Shown here piece by piece: positions 49,999-64,000 of a DNA stretch of 64,000 nucleotides. The notes below the pieces were generated by a model. It ran no database searches. It saw only the letters and a program-made list of their open reading frames with translations, and had not been told where the DNA came from. Made by a program: the position numbers and the translations under genes. Source of the stretch: Octopus vulgaris (lineage: Eukaryota); assembly GCA_951406725.2 (NCBI GenBank), contig OX597821.1:93062001-93126000 (forward strand). Direction: 5' to 3'. The stretch's first letter is position 1. Every line of letters begins with the position of its first letter.

Positions 49999-51376
49999 TT
50001 GTGTGTGTGTAAGAATATTAACAAGAAAAAGGATGAATGGAGAAGGAATATTTCAGTGGTGTTGACCGTAAAGCAAAGAAGTAGGTTTACACCCAAAGTA
50101 TAATTAAGAGAAAAATATCTGAAAAGGTTCAATAACGAGATGAGAGAAAATTGTCCGAGAAATTGGTAATGAATCTAGAAGATGGTGAAAATTGTCTGGG
50201 AAGATAGAACAGAAGATGAAATAACGTGGATGCAAAATGGTGAAAAACAAAATGTCGTTACAGTCTTGCTGAAAGGAAGAAGGAAAGTCTAACGGAGGAA
50301 AGTGAAAGAAATTTTCTTGAGGAAAATGAACGCAATGAGGGAGATGTCGCAAAAGAAGTGGCGTGGGTGTGTTTGGAGAGTTTTAACCGGTTAACAGAGT
50401 AGTGCGGTGATGCAAAACATGTGTGATTGAGGGAGAGTAATTGGAGATTCGAAAGTGTGAGCCGAAATTAGAACTGAAATATAGAAGAATGTACGTTTGT
50501 GTGTTAAGTAAATGAGCGTGTATGTGTGTGTGTGAGTTCTGATGTGTGCATGTCCTAGCGAGTATGTGTATATGCATGTGTGTAGATGTGTGTGTGAGTG
50601 TGTGTGTATGGGGGGGAGGAGCATTTGCTTCTGTATTCTGGTCTGTGTATGCGTGTGTATGTGAAAGGTGCCAATGACCAACGAGGGGACGAACGTATGT
50701 GTGAGTGAGCTAATGTGTGCGCATGTATGAGTGATTGTATGATTATGTGAAGAATAGGTTTGTATGGGTGTATAAGTATCTGCATTTTGGTGTGTGTGAG
50801 AGAGAGAGAGAGAGAGCGTGTGCGTGCGGGCACGCGCGTGCTAAAAGACAAAATGATAAAGGAAAAGAGATACATGTAGATGTATGATATTCGGGTATAA
50901 CTTTCTGTAAATGCGTGGGAAGGAATAATAGCAGAAAAGAGATGTTTATATCTGGAAGCTGTGTCAGTGTGTGCAATGGATGGATGTAGGGATGGCGTAG
51001 AGGTGGGGAGGGAAGTAAGTTGGAGGAATTAATGTATTGATGGGGCAGATTGAAGGATGACACTAGCATGTGGCTGATTTTAGTGAGATGGATGTGGGGC
51101 TACGGTGGAGGATAAGTGGTAAGTTGTGAGATGGGAAGTAGCAATATAAGGTGCGTAATTCTAGAGCAGACGGGAAAGTGTTGCTCCGATCCGGCCAGCC
51201 CCAAGGAAAAACTATAGGGAGAATTTACGAAAAAAACAACAGAAGACGAAGACAGGTGGTGTACAAAACAAACAGATGTATTAGTATAACGCTCAGGAAT
51301 AGAAGAAGTCTTTTACGTTTCGAGCCTACGCTCTTCTACAGAAAGGAACACAGAAAAAAAGGAGAGAAACATACAT

Positions 51377-51444
<68 letters not shown>

Positions 51445-51451
51445 ATACATG

Positions 51452-51485
<34 letters not shown>

Positions 51486-51792
51486 TGTATGTGTGTGTGT
51501 GTGCGCGTGTGTGTGTGTGAAACACAAGAACTCCAAAATGATGAGATATCAATATTATATTTCGTGTTATGTTTCTGTCCTCAATCCAAACAATGTCTAG
51601 AACTTGGCGATATTAACTTTGTAAGTTGTTGCTGTTATTATATTCAACAAGTGGGGTTTCATAGATATGTGTGTGTGTTTGTGTGTACGTGTGTACGTGT
51701 GTTATATTTACATATAAATGTACTCATATATAAGTATATATATATATTCATGTATTTGTATACATTTGTGCAATGATGTAGAATAACTATTT

Positions 51793-51873
<81 letters not shown>

Positions 51874-51968
51874 TTATATATATGTGTATGTGAGCGTAAG
51901 TATGTGTATGTGTGTGTATGTCTATACAAATATGTAGATATATATGTATATATATTTATATATATATG

Positions 51969-52016
<48 letters not shown>

Positions 52017-52086
52017 TAGGGGCAATAAAAATCATTGTCTTCATTCGAAATATAAAATATATACACGATTAGGTGGGTGTTTGTAA

Positions 52087-52129
<43 letters not shown>

Positions 52130-52550
52130 CTAGCACGCACACATGCGTGCACATTTCTACATATGTATATACATACATATATATATATATATATATTTCA
52201 TATGCACTTGCTTAGAAAAGTGCCAATGTATTTTTTCAGCCTACTTTTTATTTTCTTTGGTTATTTTTGTTTTTCTTTTTGGCTATTGTTGTTCTTGCGT
52301 TGTTATGTTTTTGTTTTTTAGCTCTTGTTGTTCTTTTGTTTTGGATTTTTTTTTTTTTTTTTTTGGTGGGTTCCTTATCATTATTTTGCTTTGAAGTCTT
52401 CCAAGATAATAAAATTGCAGTACATGTAATTTCCTGCTAAGATCTGTTCTTCTTTGATTCCCTATGATTTGCAATGATAAAGTTCCAACTTAAAGATATC
52501 GGTTTCACTCTAGCACTAACAGATATACGCATCCTGCATACACCTTCCTA

Positions 52551-52595
<45 letters not shown>

Positions 52596-53139
52596 ACATG
52601 TACACATTACACACACAAACTTATAGATATGTACGTGAGTTTGTGTGTGAGCGTGTTTACACGGGGAAGTATATGCATCCGCATATGTATGTATACATGT
52701 GTGTGTGTATATGAACGCACACACAAACACATACAAATATGCCTGTATGCTGATACAGATTATATTTATACATAGAGAGAAATATATGTTTATATTTATG
52801 CATATGCGTTTATATATACGCATATATGTGTATAGATACATAAATTTATACTCAAATATATCCATACATATACATTACACATATACATAAATATAAATAT
52901 ATATACATATATAAAGTTAGCTATGTACGAATATATACATACATACATATATACATACATACATACATACATACATACATACATACATACATACATACAT
53001 ACATACATACATACATAGTACCAATCTAAACTGTATATGTTTCCTTTTCCTATGGATTTGCATTAATCTCCAGGATTCTACTTTGCCAATCTGTCATTGC
53101 ACTCTCTCCTAAAAGAAGTTTTGACACTAACAACAATTT

Positions 53140-53350
<211 letters not shown>

Positions 53351-54210
53351 ATGTAGAAGCGGATGAAAAGAAGAATGCTATATTTCTGGACATAAGTCAC
53401 TTTCTATGATATATACATTTGTACACACACACATATTCATAGAGCGAGAGATGGAGAGAGAGAGAGAGAGAGAGAGAGGGATAGATAGATAGACACATAT
53501 ATATGTATGTATATATATGATATATATATATATATATATATATGTACATTCATACAAATCAGTTTGTATATGTGTGTTTGTATACATGTATGTGCATATA
53601 ACAATGCATAACTATAACTATATACATATATATATATATATATATTTTTATTTTTATGTATCTGTTTCCTTATTTCATAATCCTATCGCCATTCTTCGCA
53701 TCAATCATTTGCATACAAATGAGCGTGATTATGACCATAGTCGTGTCGATGCCGGTGGTGATGATGATGATGATGATGAGGAGGAGGAGGAGGAGGAGGA
53801 GGAGGAGGAGGAAGTGGAGGAGGATGCCGACGACGAGGACGATGGACGTCCAGAAAGATGAAGGAAAGGAGGAGAAATACAATTATTATGATTTGGGGGA
53901 GAGTATCAGATCACTTGGTAAGAATTGCTTCACAGTGTGTATCGTTGTGTAATTTCCAGTTCACAGTTCAAGTTCTGCAAGTGTTGATTGTGTTGCATTC
54001 ATTTAATTGAAACTCAATTTAGGGGAAGAAGTTAGATACTGCAGAAGATATATTAAACAATGAATGCCCAGTCCTATTCACTGTGTTCGTGCCACTGTTA
54101 GAAACAGCGGGATCTTTCTCTCTGTTCTTTATGTTCTGGGTCAAAATTCTCAAGGATCAACTTCGCCTTTCATTCTTTTTGCACCGATAAAAAAAAAAAG
54201 GTACCAATTC

Positions 54211-54376
54211 AGGCGCAGGAGTGGCTGTGTGCTAAGTAGCTTGCTAACCAACCACATGGTTCCGGGTTCAGCCCCACTGCGTGGCATCTTGGGCAAGTGT
54301 CTTCTGCTATAGCCCCGGGCCGACCAATGCCTTGTGAGTGGATTTGGTAGACGGAAACTGAAAGAAGCCTGTCGTA

Positions 54377-54473
<97 letters not shown>

Positions 54474-54684
54474 TTGTGTGTCTGTGTTTGTCCCCCTAGC
54501 ATTGTTTGACAACCGATGCTGGTGTGTTTACGTCCCCGTCACTTAGCGGTTCGGCAAAAGAGACCGATAGAATAAGTACTAGGCTTACAAAGAATAAAGT
54601 CCCGGGGTCGATTTGCTCGACTAAAAGGCAGTGCTCCAGCATGGCCGCAGTCAAATGACTGAAACAAGTAAAAGAGTAAAGAGT
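54211..54684 (+). mobile_element. SINE family B, young, nested inside an old family C SINE
   Basis: TSD AATTCA (54206-54211 and 54685-54690); flanks rejoin to GTACCAATTCAACACTAGGGTTGATCTAATTGACT of family C. Confidence 0.92.
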
Positions 54685-54839
54685 AATTCAACACTAGGGT
54701 TGATCTAATTGACTATTCCTCTCCTCTGAACTTGGTAGCCTTGTGCCTCATTTTGAAGCTGCTATTCTTATTATTATATTTTACTTCTCAGATCTCTCGA
54801 TCTTACTCGCTCCTGTTAATTCTCTTTCTTCTTTTTTTT

Positions 54840-55063
54840 TTACTCTTTTTATACTTGTTTCAGTCATTTGACTGTTGCCGCCACGCTGGAGCACCGCCTT
54901 TTAGTCGAGCAAATCGACCCCGGGACTTATTCTTTGTAAGCCTAGTACTTATTCTATCGGTCTCTTTTGCCGAACCGCTAAGTTACGGGGACGTAAACAC
55001 AACAGCATCGGTTGTCAAGCGATGTTGCGGGGACAAACACAGACACACAAACATATACACACA

Positions 55064-55127
<64 letters not shown>

Positions 55128-55380
55128 AATATATATATATATACGTATATATATATATACATGCATACATACATACATACATACATACATACATACATAC
55201 ATAAATACATATATATATACATACATACGACGGGCTTCTTTCAGTTTTCGTCTACCAAATCTATTCAGGAGACTTTGGTCGGCCCGAGGCTATAGTAGAA
55301 GACACTTGCCCAAGGTGCCACGCAGTGGAACTGAACCCGGAACCATGTGGTCGGTAAGCAAGCTACTTATCTCACAGCCT
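54840..55380 (-). mobile_element. SINE family B, inverted, tail-to-tail with 54211
   Basis: Reverse-complement match; extreme 5' end truncated. Confidence 0.9.
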
Positions 55381-56599
55381 AACACCGTGCTGCTATTTTT
55401 ATTATTATTATTACTCCGCAAAGGTCGACTTTGCCCTTCATCCTTTCGGGATCGATAAAATTATTACCTGAATAACTATCCGTAAAGGACTAGAGACGAC
55501 GTTATCTACCATCTGATGTCTTGAACCTGCCGGCCTCGCCGAACTTTGACATCTTTTTATACGCCGTGGTGGCCGTGGCGAAAGCGGTTGTATGGTGGAC
55601 GAGATTGAAGCGGCTGAGGACAACCATTTTTCTCTTTGGTCAATCCCTGATGAACTTCATGTTTTACTTGAAAAGGAAGATAAGTGTGGAGAGGGAAGTG
55701 TTGTCTTCTGGCCAGTTTGCCGAAAGGTGGATGAAATTTGCGAGAACCGGCCTGCCTTTAGCATACGCCTGTAGCTGGAAAAAAAAAGGGAAGGAAAAAA
55801 GCATCTGTCCCAAAAGTCAAGGTACCCATGACACATATATTAAATATATTTTTATTAAAATTTACTTAACACTAAATGGCAGTAAGCAATCTGGAGTCAC
55901 TGAATATCTAGATCGATCAGGCATCTGCACCTAAAAATTCACTTTCTAAGAGGCAGGACTGGAAATTGTGTAGTTTTTTTTTTTTGCGAAAACACAGCAG
56001 TTGTCCATGAAATTGTGATTTTCTGCTTTTCATGCCGCTAATATTTTCCCAGAAGGGTTTGTATAGTCTGGCACTAGAGACACTGCAAATGACCAGAACA
56101 AATACTACAATGTATCTCATCTGAAAGTCTGACAACTCCATCAATCTTTCACTCATCTTAATCTGGTATTTTATTAATCAACCCCAAAATTATAGAAAGA
56201 AAATAAGAATATGATTTATAAATTAAGAAAGTTGTTAAAACATCGGTTAATATGCTTTGCGGTCTTTGTTCTGGGACTCTGCTGCTAGAGTTCAAGTTCC
56301 ACTAAGTCCAACATGGAAAAATAAAATTTTTAACATTAATTTTATTAATTTACAATGAAAATTGCTGCAATTCACTATTTGCCCATGGTGAATCTTTGAC
56401 TGGAAACAAATGTTGTGGTATTCCCTTCTTTTAGTGCCAGAAACACTTGTTTATTTTTTAAATGTTTAATCCAGCCTCATGTATCATAATAAAACCTTTA
56501 GGACCTATACTTCCTTAAACAGAATTAACATATTGGTCCGTCTTCTCATCTACTCATTCTAGCTCATACAATGTCTATCTGTCTACACTTACATAGCCT

Positions 56600-56656
56600 T
56601 ATACATACTATCACAATCATATCATCACACTACGGTGCAAACATCTCACCCTATAT

Positions 56657-56717
<61 letters not shown>

Positions 56718-57420
56718 TAATTAAAGTAAAACAAACCAATAGAATTTCCGTGTGGGTGCAAGGGTGTCTATAAATTACAACCAGATCTATCTCAAAGAAT
56801 ACCATTTTTGTGAAATACAAGTTTTGAATGAATGGATCACAACATAATTAGAACCAAACATTACGGTCACTAAAATTAAAACCTACTAGATTCACTATCT
56901 TCTTTTTTACATAATACCAGTGAATATTAACTACAGAGCAAACCAACACGTCTAATAACATGAACATGTCACACAGAAAAAAAATAAACGCAAAAGAACG
57001 CTTAAAGTTACTTACAAAACCTCCACAAAATTCACAATGCACATAGAAAATGAAACAAATAAAGCAAAATAATGCACATTTAAAACACTCGCAGGTACTA
57101 CATTTGGTTAGCACAAAGAAACAATAACGCTATTCTGCAATTAAATCCATTGTGGATTATTCCAATCTTCCTTGGGTCTCAATTTCTCTGTAACAAACCA
57201 CACAAAGAAGATCACACATTTATGTGCTACCTGCACAATACTCAAAATGAAAGACCTTCGAGACATTCAAAGAAAACAATTTATGCCTGCAAGCAAAACA
57301 AATCCACGACGTCAGAGTGAAAGTAATTACAGCCTCATTTAAAACACCCAGGCATGTCAAAAGAATCTCAGAACACAAATATAAAACTATAAACAGAGAT
57401 TTACACACATGAATATGAGA
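56600..57420 (+). pseudogene. Decayed Jockey/I-group LINE RT C-terminal region
   Basis: LKTLAGTTFG*HKETITL at ~57080-57135, resembling LKALAGTTFGQ.KETL..LY. Confidence 0.55.
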
Positions 57421-57699
57421 AACTACAATGGCTTTAGTTTATTTTAAAACGCACCACTAATGACGTGGAAGTAAAATGTGTGTAACTACATTGTTTCAAT
57501 CAAGTCCACCTTGCCTGTCTTCACTAACTGAGGTTGTTACCATTATCAAATGTATTGACATACGAAAATAGACTTTTGTTGGCTGGCCAGTGACATTTCC
57601 AGATAACTTCATGAGATTCTACGATAAACCATTATATGCCTGGAGTGTACAGTGTGACTCGTGCTTTGAAGAGGCACAATATATCTGGTACATACGCCA

Positions 57700-57903
57700 G
57701 GTGAAATGGTATTTCGTTCGTCTTTAAGCAGTATTTCGCGGTATTTCGTCTGTCTTTACGTTCTGAGTTCAAATTCCACCGAGGTGGACTTCGCCCTTCA
57801 TCCCCTCGGGGTCGAAAAATAAGTACCAGTTGAGTACTGGGGTTGATTTAATTGACTATTTCCCATCCCCAAATTTCAGGCATTGAGCCTATAGTAGAAA
57901 GGG
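57700..57903 (+). mobile_element. SINE family C, short-tail variant
   Basis: Core plus CCCCAAATTTCAGGCATTGAGCCTATAGTAGAAAGG. Confidence 0.8.
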
Positions 57904-59223
57904 TTACATATATGGTACAACAGACTCAAGGATCACATGAACATATTTTTAACTGTCAATCTGTACGTTGTAATTAAGCTACATCAGAACAGAAAGTTTC
58001 CGTGGGGTAAAAGAGAAGTCTTTTACTTTATCTTTTTGTCAATACAGACCGTCATCAGTTCCCTCGGTTTCAGGACTTAGCTACATCAGCATTGATAAGA
58101 AATTAAACAAAAACAATAAACAGTCAGAGAATTGGCAGAGTTGATAGAGACGAACGAAATATCTTCCTGTTTTATTCCAGGTCCTTTCTTCATGAGTTCA
58201 AATTCTACCACGGCTAGCTTAGTCTCTCATCCCTTTGGAGCCGATACGTAAAGTTTCAATTTCAAGCGGAGAATAGTTTAAAAGTTAAGAGCGTTGAGCG
58301 GTCTTTGAGTTCAATTCTTGGCATGGCCTAGTGGATGGTAGACGTTATCCATCACTCGGTTTTAAATTATCTCTCATATCCTTGGATGAATTTAGCTGAG
58401 TTCCTTTTTTTTCTTGCAAGTATCCAAGCCAGATCGTCGGTTTTTTGTTCTCGGCAGTCTTGCAGGCTCCTTTCCGATTAAGCAATAAAAATAACAGTAA
58501 AGTAACCAGGTTTTAGATGTCGATATAAGATCTCAGTAACAACTTCGGAGAGAACAATGGCACAGAACCACTTAGACGATATGCTGAATGAAAGCAGTGT
58601 CAACAATCTGAACCAATCAAGGTAAATTTTATGCAGAAGTTAACTTTTATATTAAATAGAGTTAACTATACACTTTTACACAACTTCTCCAGAATGTCTA
58701 TTGAAATTTGTTAGGTAGAGAACAGTTCTTTGAAAATCTACTTAACAAACTGACTGACTTTTAAAGACAAATGTAAAGACTTGCTCTTCACATCTTTATG
58801 CTTAATGGAACATTTAAAAATCGGGTAATTCTTCCGTTGTTTCTCTCCTCATCTACCCAAGAGATTTCTGTAGTCTGAGCTCAGTTGGTGTCTACTGTAC
58901 ATACATACATACATACTTTCACATATTTGCGTATGTATGTATATACGTGTGTGTGTGCGTGTGTGGTTGCATCACACAAATATATATATGTACATGTGTA
59001 TGTACATATATATATATGTATATATGTATATATGTATGTAACTTTGTAAGTATCTGTGCATGTGTTCATGCATATGTTTATGCATGTACATGTGTGCGCG
59101 TATGTATATATATCCGTGTGTGTGTATATATGTGTATGTATTCTTACGTGCATGAGAAGGAATGAGAAAATGAAATTCCAGAAAATATTGTATTCAATGT
59201 CTGAAGTACAAAAACAGCTTCAG

Positions 59224-59319
59224 GATGATGATGACGATGACGACGATGATGACGATGATGATGATGATGATGATGAAGTTTTTGATGATGATGATGACGA
59301 CGACGACGACGACGGCGAC

Positions 59320-59353
<34 letters not shown>

Positions 59354-59410
59354 TTGATGATGATGATTGTGGTGGTGGTGGTGGTGGTGGTGGTGGTGGT
59401 GGTGGTGGCG
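59224..59410. repeat. (GAT/GAC)n plus (GGT)n tract
   Basis: Direct inspection. Confidence 0.95.
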
Positions 59411-60019
59411 GTCATGATGGAATTTAGATTGGTACCGATGAAGAAAGCAGCCACGACGGTTCAATTCTCATTAAAGGCTGAAGCAACACCATTAACAATA
59501 AGTATGAACTGTGAGTGATTGCATAGTATGACGAACTCTGGTAGTCATAAGTCTTAGTTTCACTCCTATCATCTTACGTGTCACAGAAACACAACATAAA
59601 TACTTCACCTTTCCAACTGCGTAAAGAGAGAAATTTATCATGGGAAACTGGAAGAAAATTCTTCTATATTCTATACAAAATTGCTTAGTATTAGTTCATA
59701 GTCTATTACTGTGGTTTTCATTAGCAGTCTACAAATTTAATGTCCAACAAAACCGAGACACAACTTCTCCTCGACCAACACATTACTTTTGCATTTCGTC
59801 CTTTGTCTTTAGTTCCTTTAACACGTCTATTAGTTGCACATTTACTATGCGAAGAACTGTGAACTTCAAGTTGATGTGAAAAAAGAAGGGCACTTCCTCG
59901 CACTTTTAGTTTCTTTATATCGAACTTCATGTTTTAATTTTCATATTTTTCTATCTTTTCTTATCTTTTTCCCTGAATTCAGCAGCTTGCCACCCTTGCC
60001 TGCTCTACGTCTATTTTAT

Positions 60020-60232
60020 TTTCTAATTGACAGCATCTCAGAACGGATACAATACCGGTGATTGTAGGAGCACTTGGAATGATAAAAAAGGGAACTGAAA
60101 ATATTGCAGGATGATCCCTGTAAATGAACACTCTGATCTGTTCATGTTGATAGCCTACCAATGCATACAGTGAGTTTCTTTGCCCTAGGTGATGGGAAGA
60201 CACTTGGCGAGGAATAGAAACAAAACTGAAAT
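60020..60232 (+). mobile_element. Internally deleted Dong/R4-like 3' fragment ending in (TAA)n
   Basis: HLRTDTIPVIVGALGMIKKG matches the 46310 element; 3' UTR matches 33370. Confidence 0.75.
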
Positions 60233-61581
60233 AATAATAATAATACCAAAAGTGATGGAGTAAGACTGTTGGTTATGGCCAGGAGGAGTCGTTTGGTCTC
60301 CTGTTTGGGCTCTAAAAGCGTGAATGAGACAGTCTTCCTCGATGCTTCTGGAACTGTGCCTGGTAATAATGCTCTAGAAACTCTAGTCTGGTTGCTTTCT
60401 TTTTCTGTCACATTTAGCTTTTCCAGCCCTTCCAGACAGAAAACCCGCAAAATACCTTTATTTCCACGTGTAGCATCTAGGCTTCTTTCTGTCTTCAAAA
60501 AAAAAAAAAAAAACATTGTAAATCTTTTTGCTCAGCACTTTCTTCAGAGAACAAAACTGGGATTGCTTTGTAATTTTGTTGGGTCATGAAGATTTATACA
60601 GCTATAAAAAATATCTAACGTAAGTCGCGCTAATGCTGGCTTATCTGTATTACGAAAGTTATCGGGAACCAGGCGTCAACGTAATCACCCACGTCTATTA
60701 CGCTGTCTTCTGGTTCCGTCATCCCAAATACCGTGGGACTAGTTTTTGCATAGGTATGTGATGCACTAACTGAGAGGAGTTTATCCTCGATCCCACTTTG
60801 TTTTTCTAAACAACTCATACTGATCTCATTCCACGTTTCAGGTCGAGTTACTTGCAGTTACTATTTCGTCAGATTGTAACTATCGAAATGCAGAGACAAG
60901 TTAGTTCTCACACTCTGATGAAAGTTTGTAGTATTGATGAGCTTACTCTTATCATTCTGCCAGGCAGACTTTTCCTCCGCCAAATAATCTTAATCTGTTT
61001 TAGGTAGTTCTAGTGAAAGAAAAAAGGCTGAAAGCGTTATTTCTATTTCTCAGTGCGATATCTCCATTCAGTCGGTTGAATGCTTGTTATTCTCTTAATT
61101 TTTAATAACTATAAGTGCGCATGTGCGCTTTTATTATTTTTGTTGTGTGATGAAAAAATTGCATTTTCAGACATCTGATATGACTTTCTCTATTTGAGAA
61201 TATATTCTTCTTTCTGTTTGTCATTTTTTAAAAAAAAATTTGAATATCTTTAAATTTGTTTTTGTGTACTTGGATATCAATTTTATTTTCAGAGGGCTTA
61301 GTCAGTGCTTCCTCCCGTGTTTTTAGCTTTAACAGCTCTTCTAGGACTGGAAGCCATATTAACAGTTAATGTTGACAATAGAAATCCGGAAAAAAATAAA
61401 GTGATAGACTTTCTATCTATTTCAGGTAGACATGATGATGTTCTAAACTCCGCTATTTTCAAAATAATCCCCAAAAAGAAATAATTTTTGTCCAGCTAAA
61501 CTTGTTTAAGCACTAATTTCCATGGAGCCATTATTTAAGAGACATTCATTTAGACAAAAACACTACAAGAGCAACAACGGC

Positions 61582-61654
<73 letters not shown>

Positions 61655-61685
61655 GCAACAACAACAACAATAATAATAATAAAAA

Positions 61686-62237
61686 CCATGATGCAGTACC
61701 AGACAGTGGCTCTCGTGGTTTCTCATCTGAACTGATTGGAAGTGTTATCATGTACATTGTGCTGTCTTGGTATCAAAGATGGGCTACAGCAAATATTCTG
61801 CTCAATACCACAGATTTGCATGTCAGTTGTTTGACCTTAACCAGTTGAGCATGTCCCTTAGTGGCTGACGATATGTACATTTCTGATCATGAGCAGAAGT
61901 AGTCGGGGAGCATCATAGCCATGTGTTGAGAGGAATTCTTTGGGTTTGGATAATTCACCTTTGGAAACATGAGTGTTTCGTTCAACATCCTTAAACAACC
62001 CTTATTCAGAGGACTTTTGAGGGGAATGGGCTACTCGACCCGAAGAAAATTGTAACTGGGCGCCACTTGCATGTTCATGCGCTGTTTATCTTGATATGAG
62101 ATTACCATATCGCGCACATATGATTGTGATGCATGTACCTGGTGCACCCTTATCAGACGGGTAGTCATGATGGGTATATTGGGTTTCATATATTTTACCC
62201 CAGTGTCACTTTGATGGCATGCACTGCTCTCTCACTC
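61686..62237 (+). mobile_element. Family D (TAA)n-embedded repeat
   Basis: Collinear with 47608-48162; TAA runs on both sides. Confidence 0.88.
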
Positions 62238-62304
<67 letters not shown>

Positions 62305-62307
<3 letters not shown>

Positions 62308-62716
62308 GTTTCAAATTTTGGCACATGACCAGCAATTTCGGGGGAGGTGTAAGTCGATTACATCGACCCCAGTACTCGACTGATACTTATTTTATCGACG
62401 CCGAAAAGATGAAAAACAAAGTCACCTTCGTTTGAGTTTGCACTGAGAACGTAAGGAACATGGAAAAGTGCCGCTACGCAATGCTTCTAGATTTGCATCC
62501 TAAACGAAAGCATATTCTTCTTCTCCTAATCTTCTTTCAATTCGTTTTCTAGATCTATTGGTTCGTTTGCTTTCTGAAGAAGTGTGAACTTCAATTTGAC
62601 TGGCGTTAGTATGTGTATATGTTGATATACATGGTTTGTTCAAGTATGTAAATATCTGCGTGTGTTCACATGTACATACATACGCACACAGATATGTATA
62701 CATTTATACATGTACA

Positions 62717-62784
<68 letters not shown>

Positions 62785-63175
62785 CACAATATATATAGTA
62801 TTGTGTTTTTGCCTCATACTGTAGTGTTTTCTTTTGCCAAATGGTTCTTTGTTATTTTTTCTCTTGCCCTCCAGCATTTAGCAAAGCCCCTACTCGTTTT
62901 CCATTTGCTCTGTTACCCTCACTAGCTTGTCAGATTTCAAGTTCTTTTACCTGATAATATACAATTCCAATCTCTGCATCCCTACAAAGATGAACACCAG
63001 ACCTGAAATTCACAGGGACGAGATTAATCGATACAGTCAACACCAACACTAATACTTAATTGACCCCGTAGAGATGAAAGTCAAAGTTGGCCTCGTCGGA
63101 ATTTGAACTCGGGACATAAAAGAGCTGTAAGATATACTGCAAGGCATTTTGTCTGACACGCTAACCATTCCGCCT
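62305..63175 (-). mobile_element. Two old family C SINEs (62305-62480 and ~62995-63175)
   Basis: Diverged reverse-complement matches. Confidence 0.7.
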
Positions 63176-63739
63176 ATCAATCCCATTCTACTGATAATAA
63201 ATAAGATGTAAATGATACTCGTTCTACTAACAACAATGGTGATAGTGATGATGACGTTAATTAATTAATTAATTAATTAATTATTGCTGCTGTCGTTGTT
63301 GTTGTTGTTGCCGTTGTTGTTGTCGTCGTCGTTGTTGTTGTTGGTTTTTTTGTGGTTATTGTTGTTGTTGTTAGCATACAAAGAGAGAGAGAGAGAGGGG
63401 GGCATTACAAAAGTTAGAATTTAATGAGAAACGACGGTGTGATGGGAGTTCAGCCATTTTAATTAGGAGAATTGATGCAATGATGGCAAGTTTCTTTCTC
63501 CCCAGATGGTTTTTACATTAAGATTAAAGCTGAATGACTGGAACTTGCAGGCTCAGAAGAATTGATCATTTTCAGACATGGGCAGTAAATCTCTTGGTTA
63601 CACTTATGTATGAAAATTGGCAAATTGATAATGGTTAATGACCAGGTTCAAACTCAGTCAAGACATTGAAACGGAGTGATTTTAGAATATCTGGAGAAAA
63701 GTCTAATTACATATAAGTGTTTTCTATTACATACAAAAT

Positions 63740-63780
<41 letters not shown>

Positions 63781-63945
63781 TATATATAAACACATATATA
63801 TATATAAACACAAATATATATATATATATATATATTTACATACTTGAATAAACCATGTATATCAACATATACACATACATGCGTATATATACAAAGAAAT
63901 ATATGAATACATATGTAGATATTTCTGACTGTGCGTATGTGCGCA

Positions 63946-64000
<55 letters not shown>

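Overview
AT-rich eukaryotic genomic DNA made almost entirely of repeats. The SINE families and the dense (TA)n/(TAA)n/(CA)n/(GAT)n/(GAA)n microsatellites look like an octopus (coleoid cephalopod) genome; that assignment is from pattern recall, not a search. No host gene could be confidently called, and almost all short ORFs in the track are microsatellite or SINE artefacts. The main feature is a near-intact, GC-richer CR1-group LINE (~11.6-16.0 kb). It has ORF1 plus an APE-endonuclease/RT ORF2 with one +1 frameshift, and ORF2 has no early AUG, overlaps ORF1 in the -1 frame and spans two in-frame slippery heptamers. Also present: many tRNA-derived SINE copies with swapped modules, a LINE 3' end matching a SINE tail, Dong/R4-like and RTE fragments, a non-autonomous Helitron, mariner remnants in inverted pairs, degenerate minimal hammerhead motifs, and several foldback or inverted duplications anchored on (TA)n tracts. 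One of these (23.3-25.2 kb) may be an assembly artefact. All alignments were done by eye, so family names and boundaries are approximate unless a TSD is quoted.
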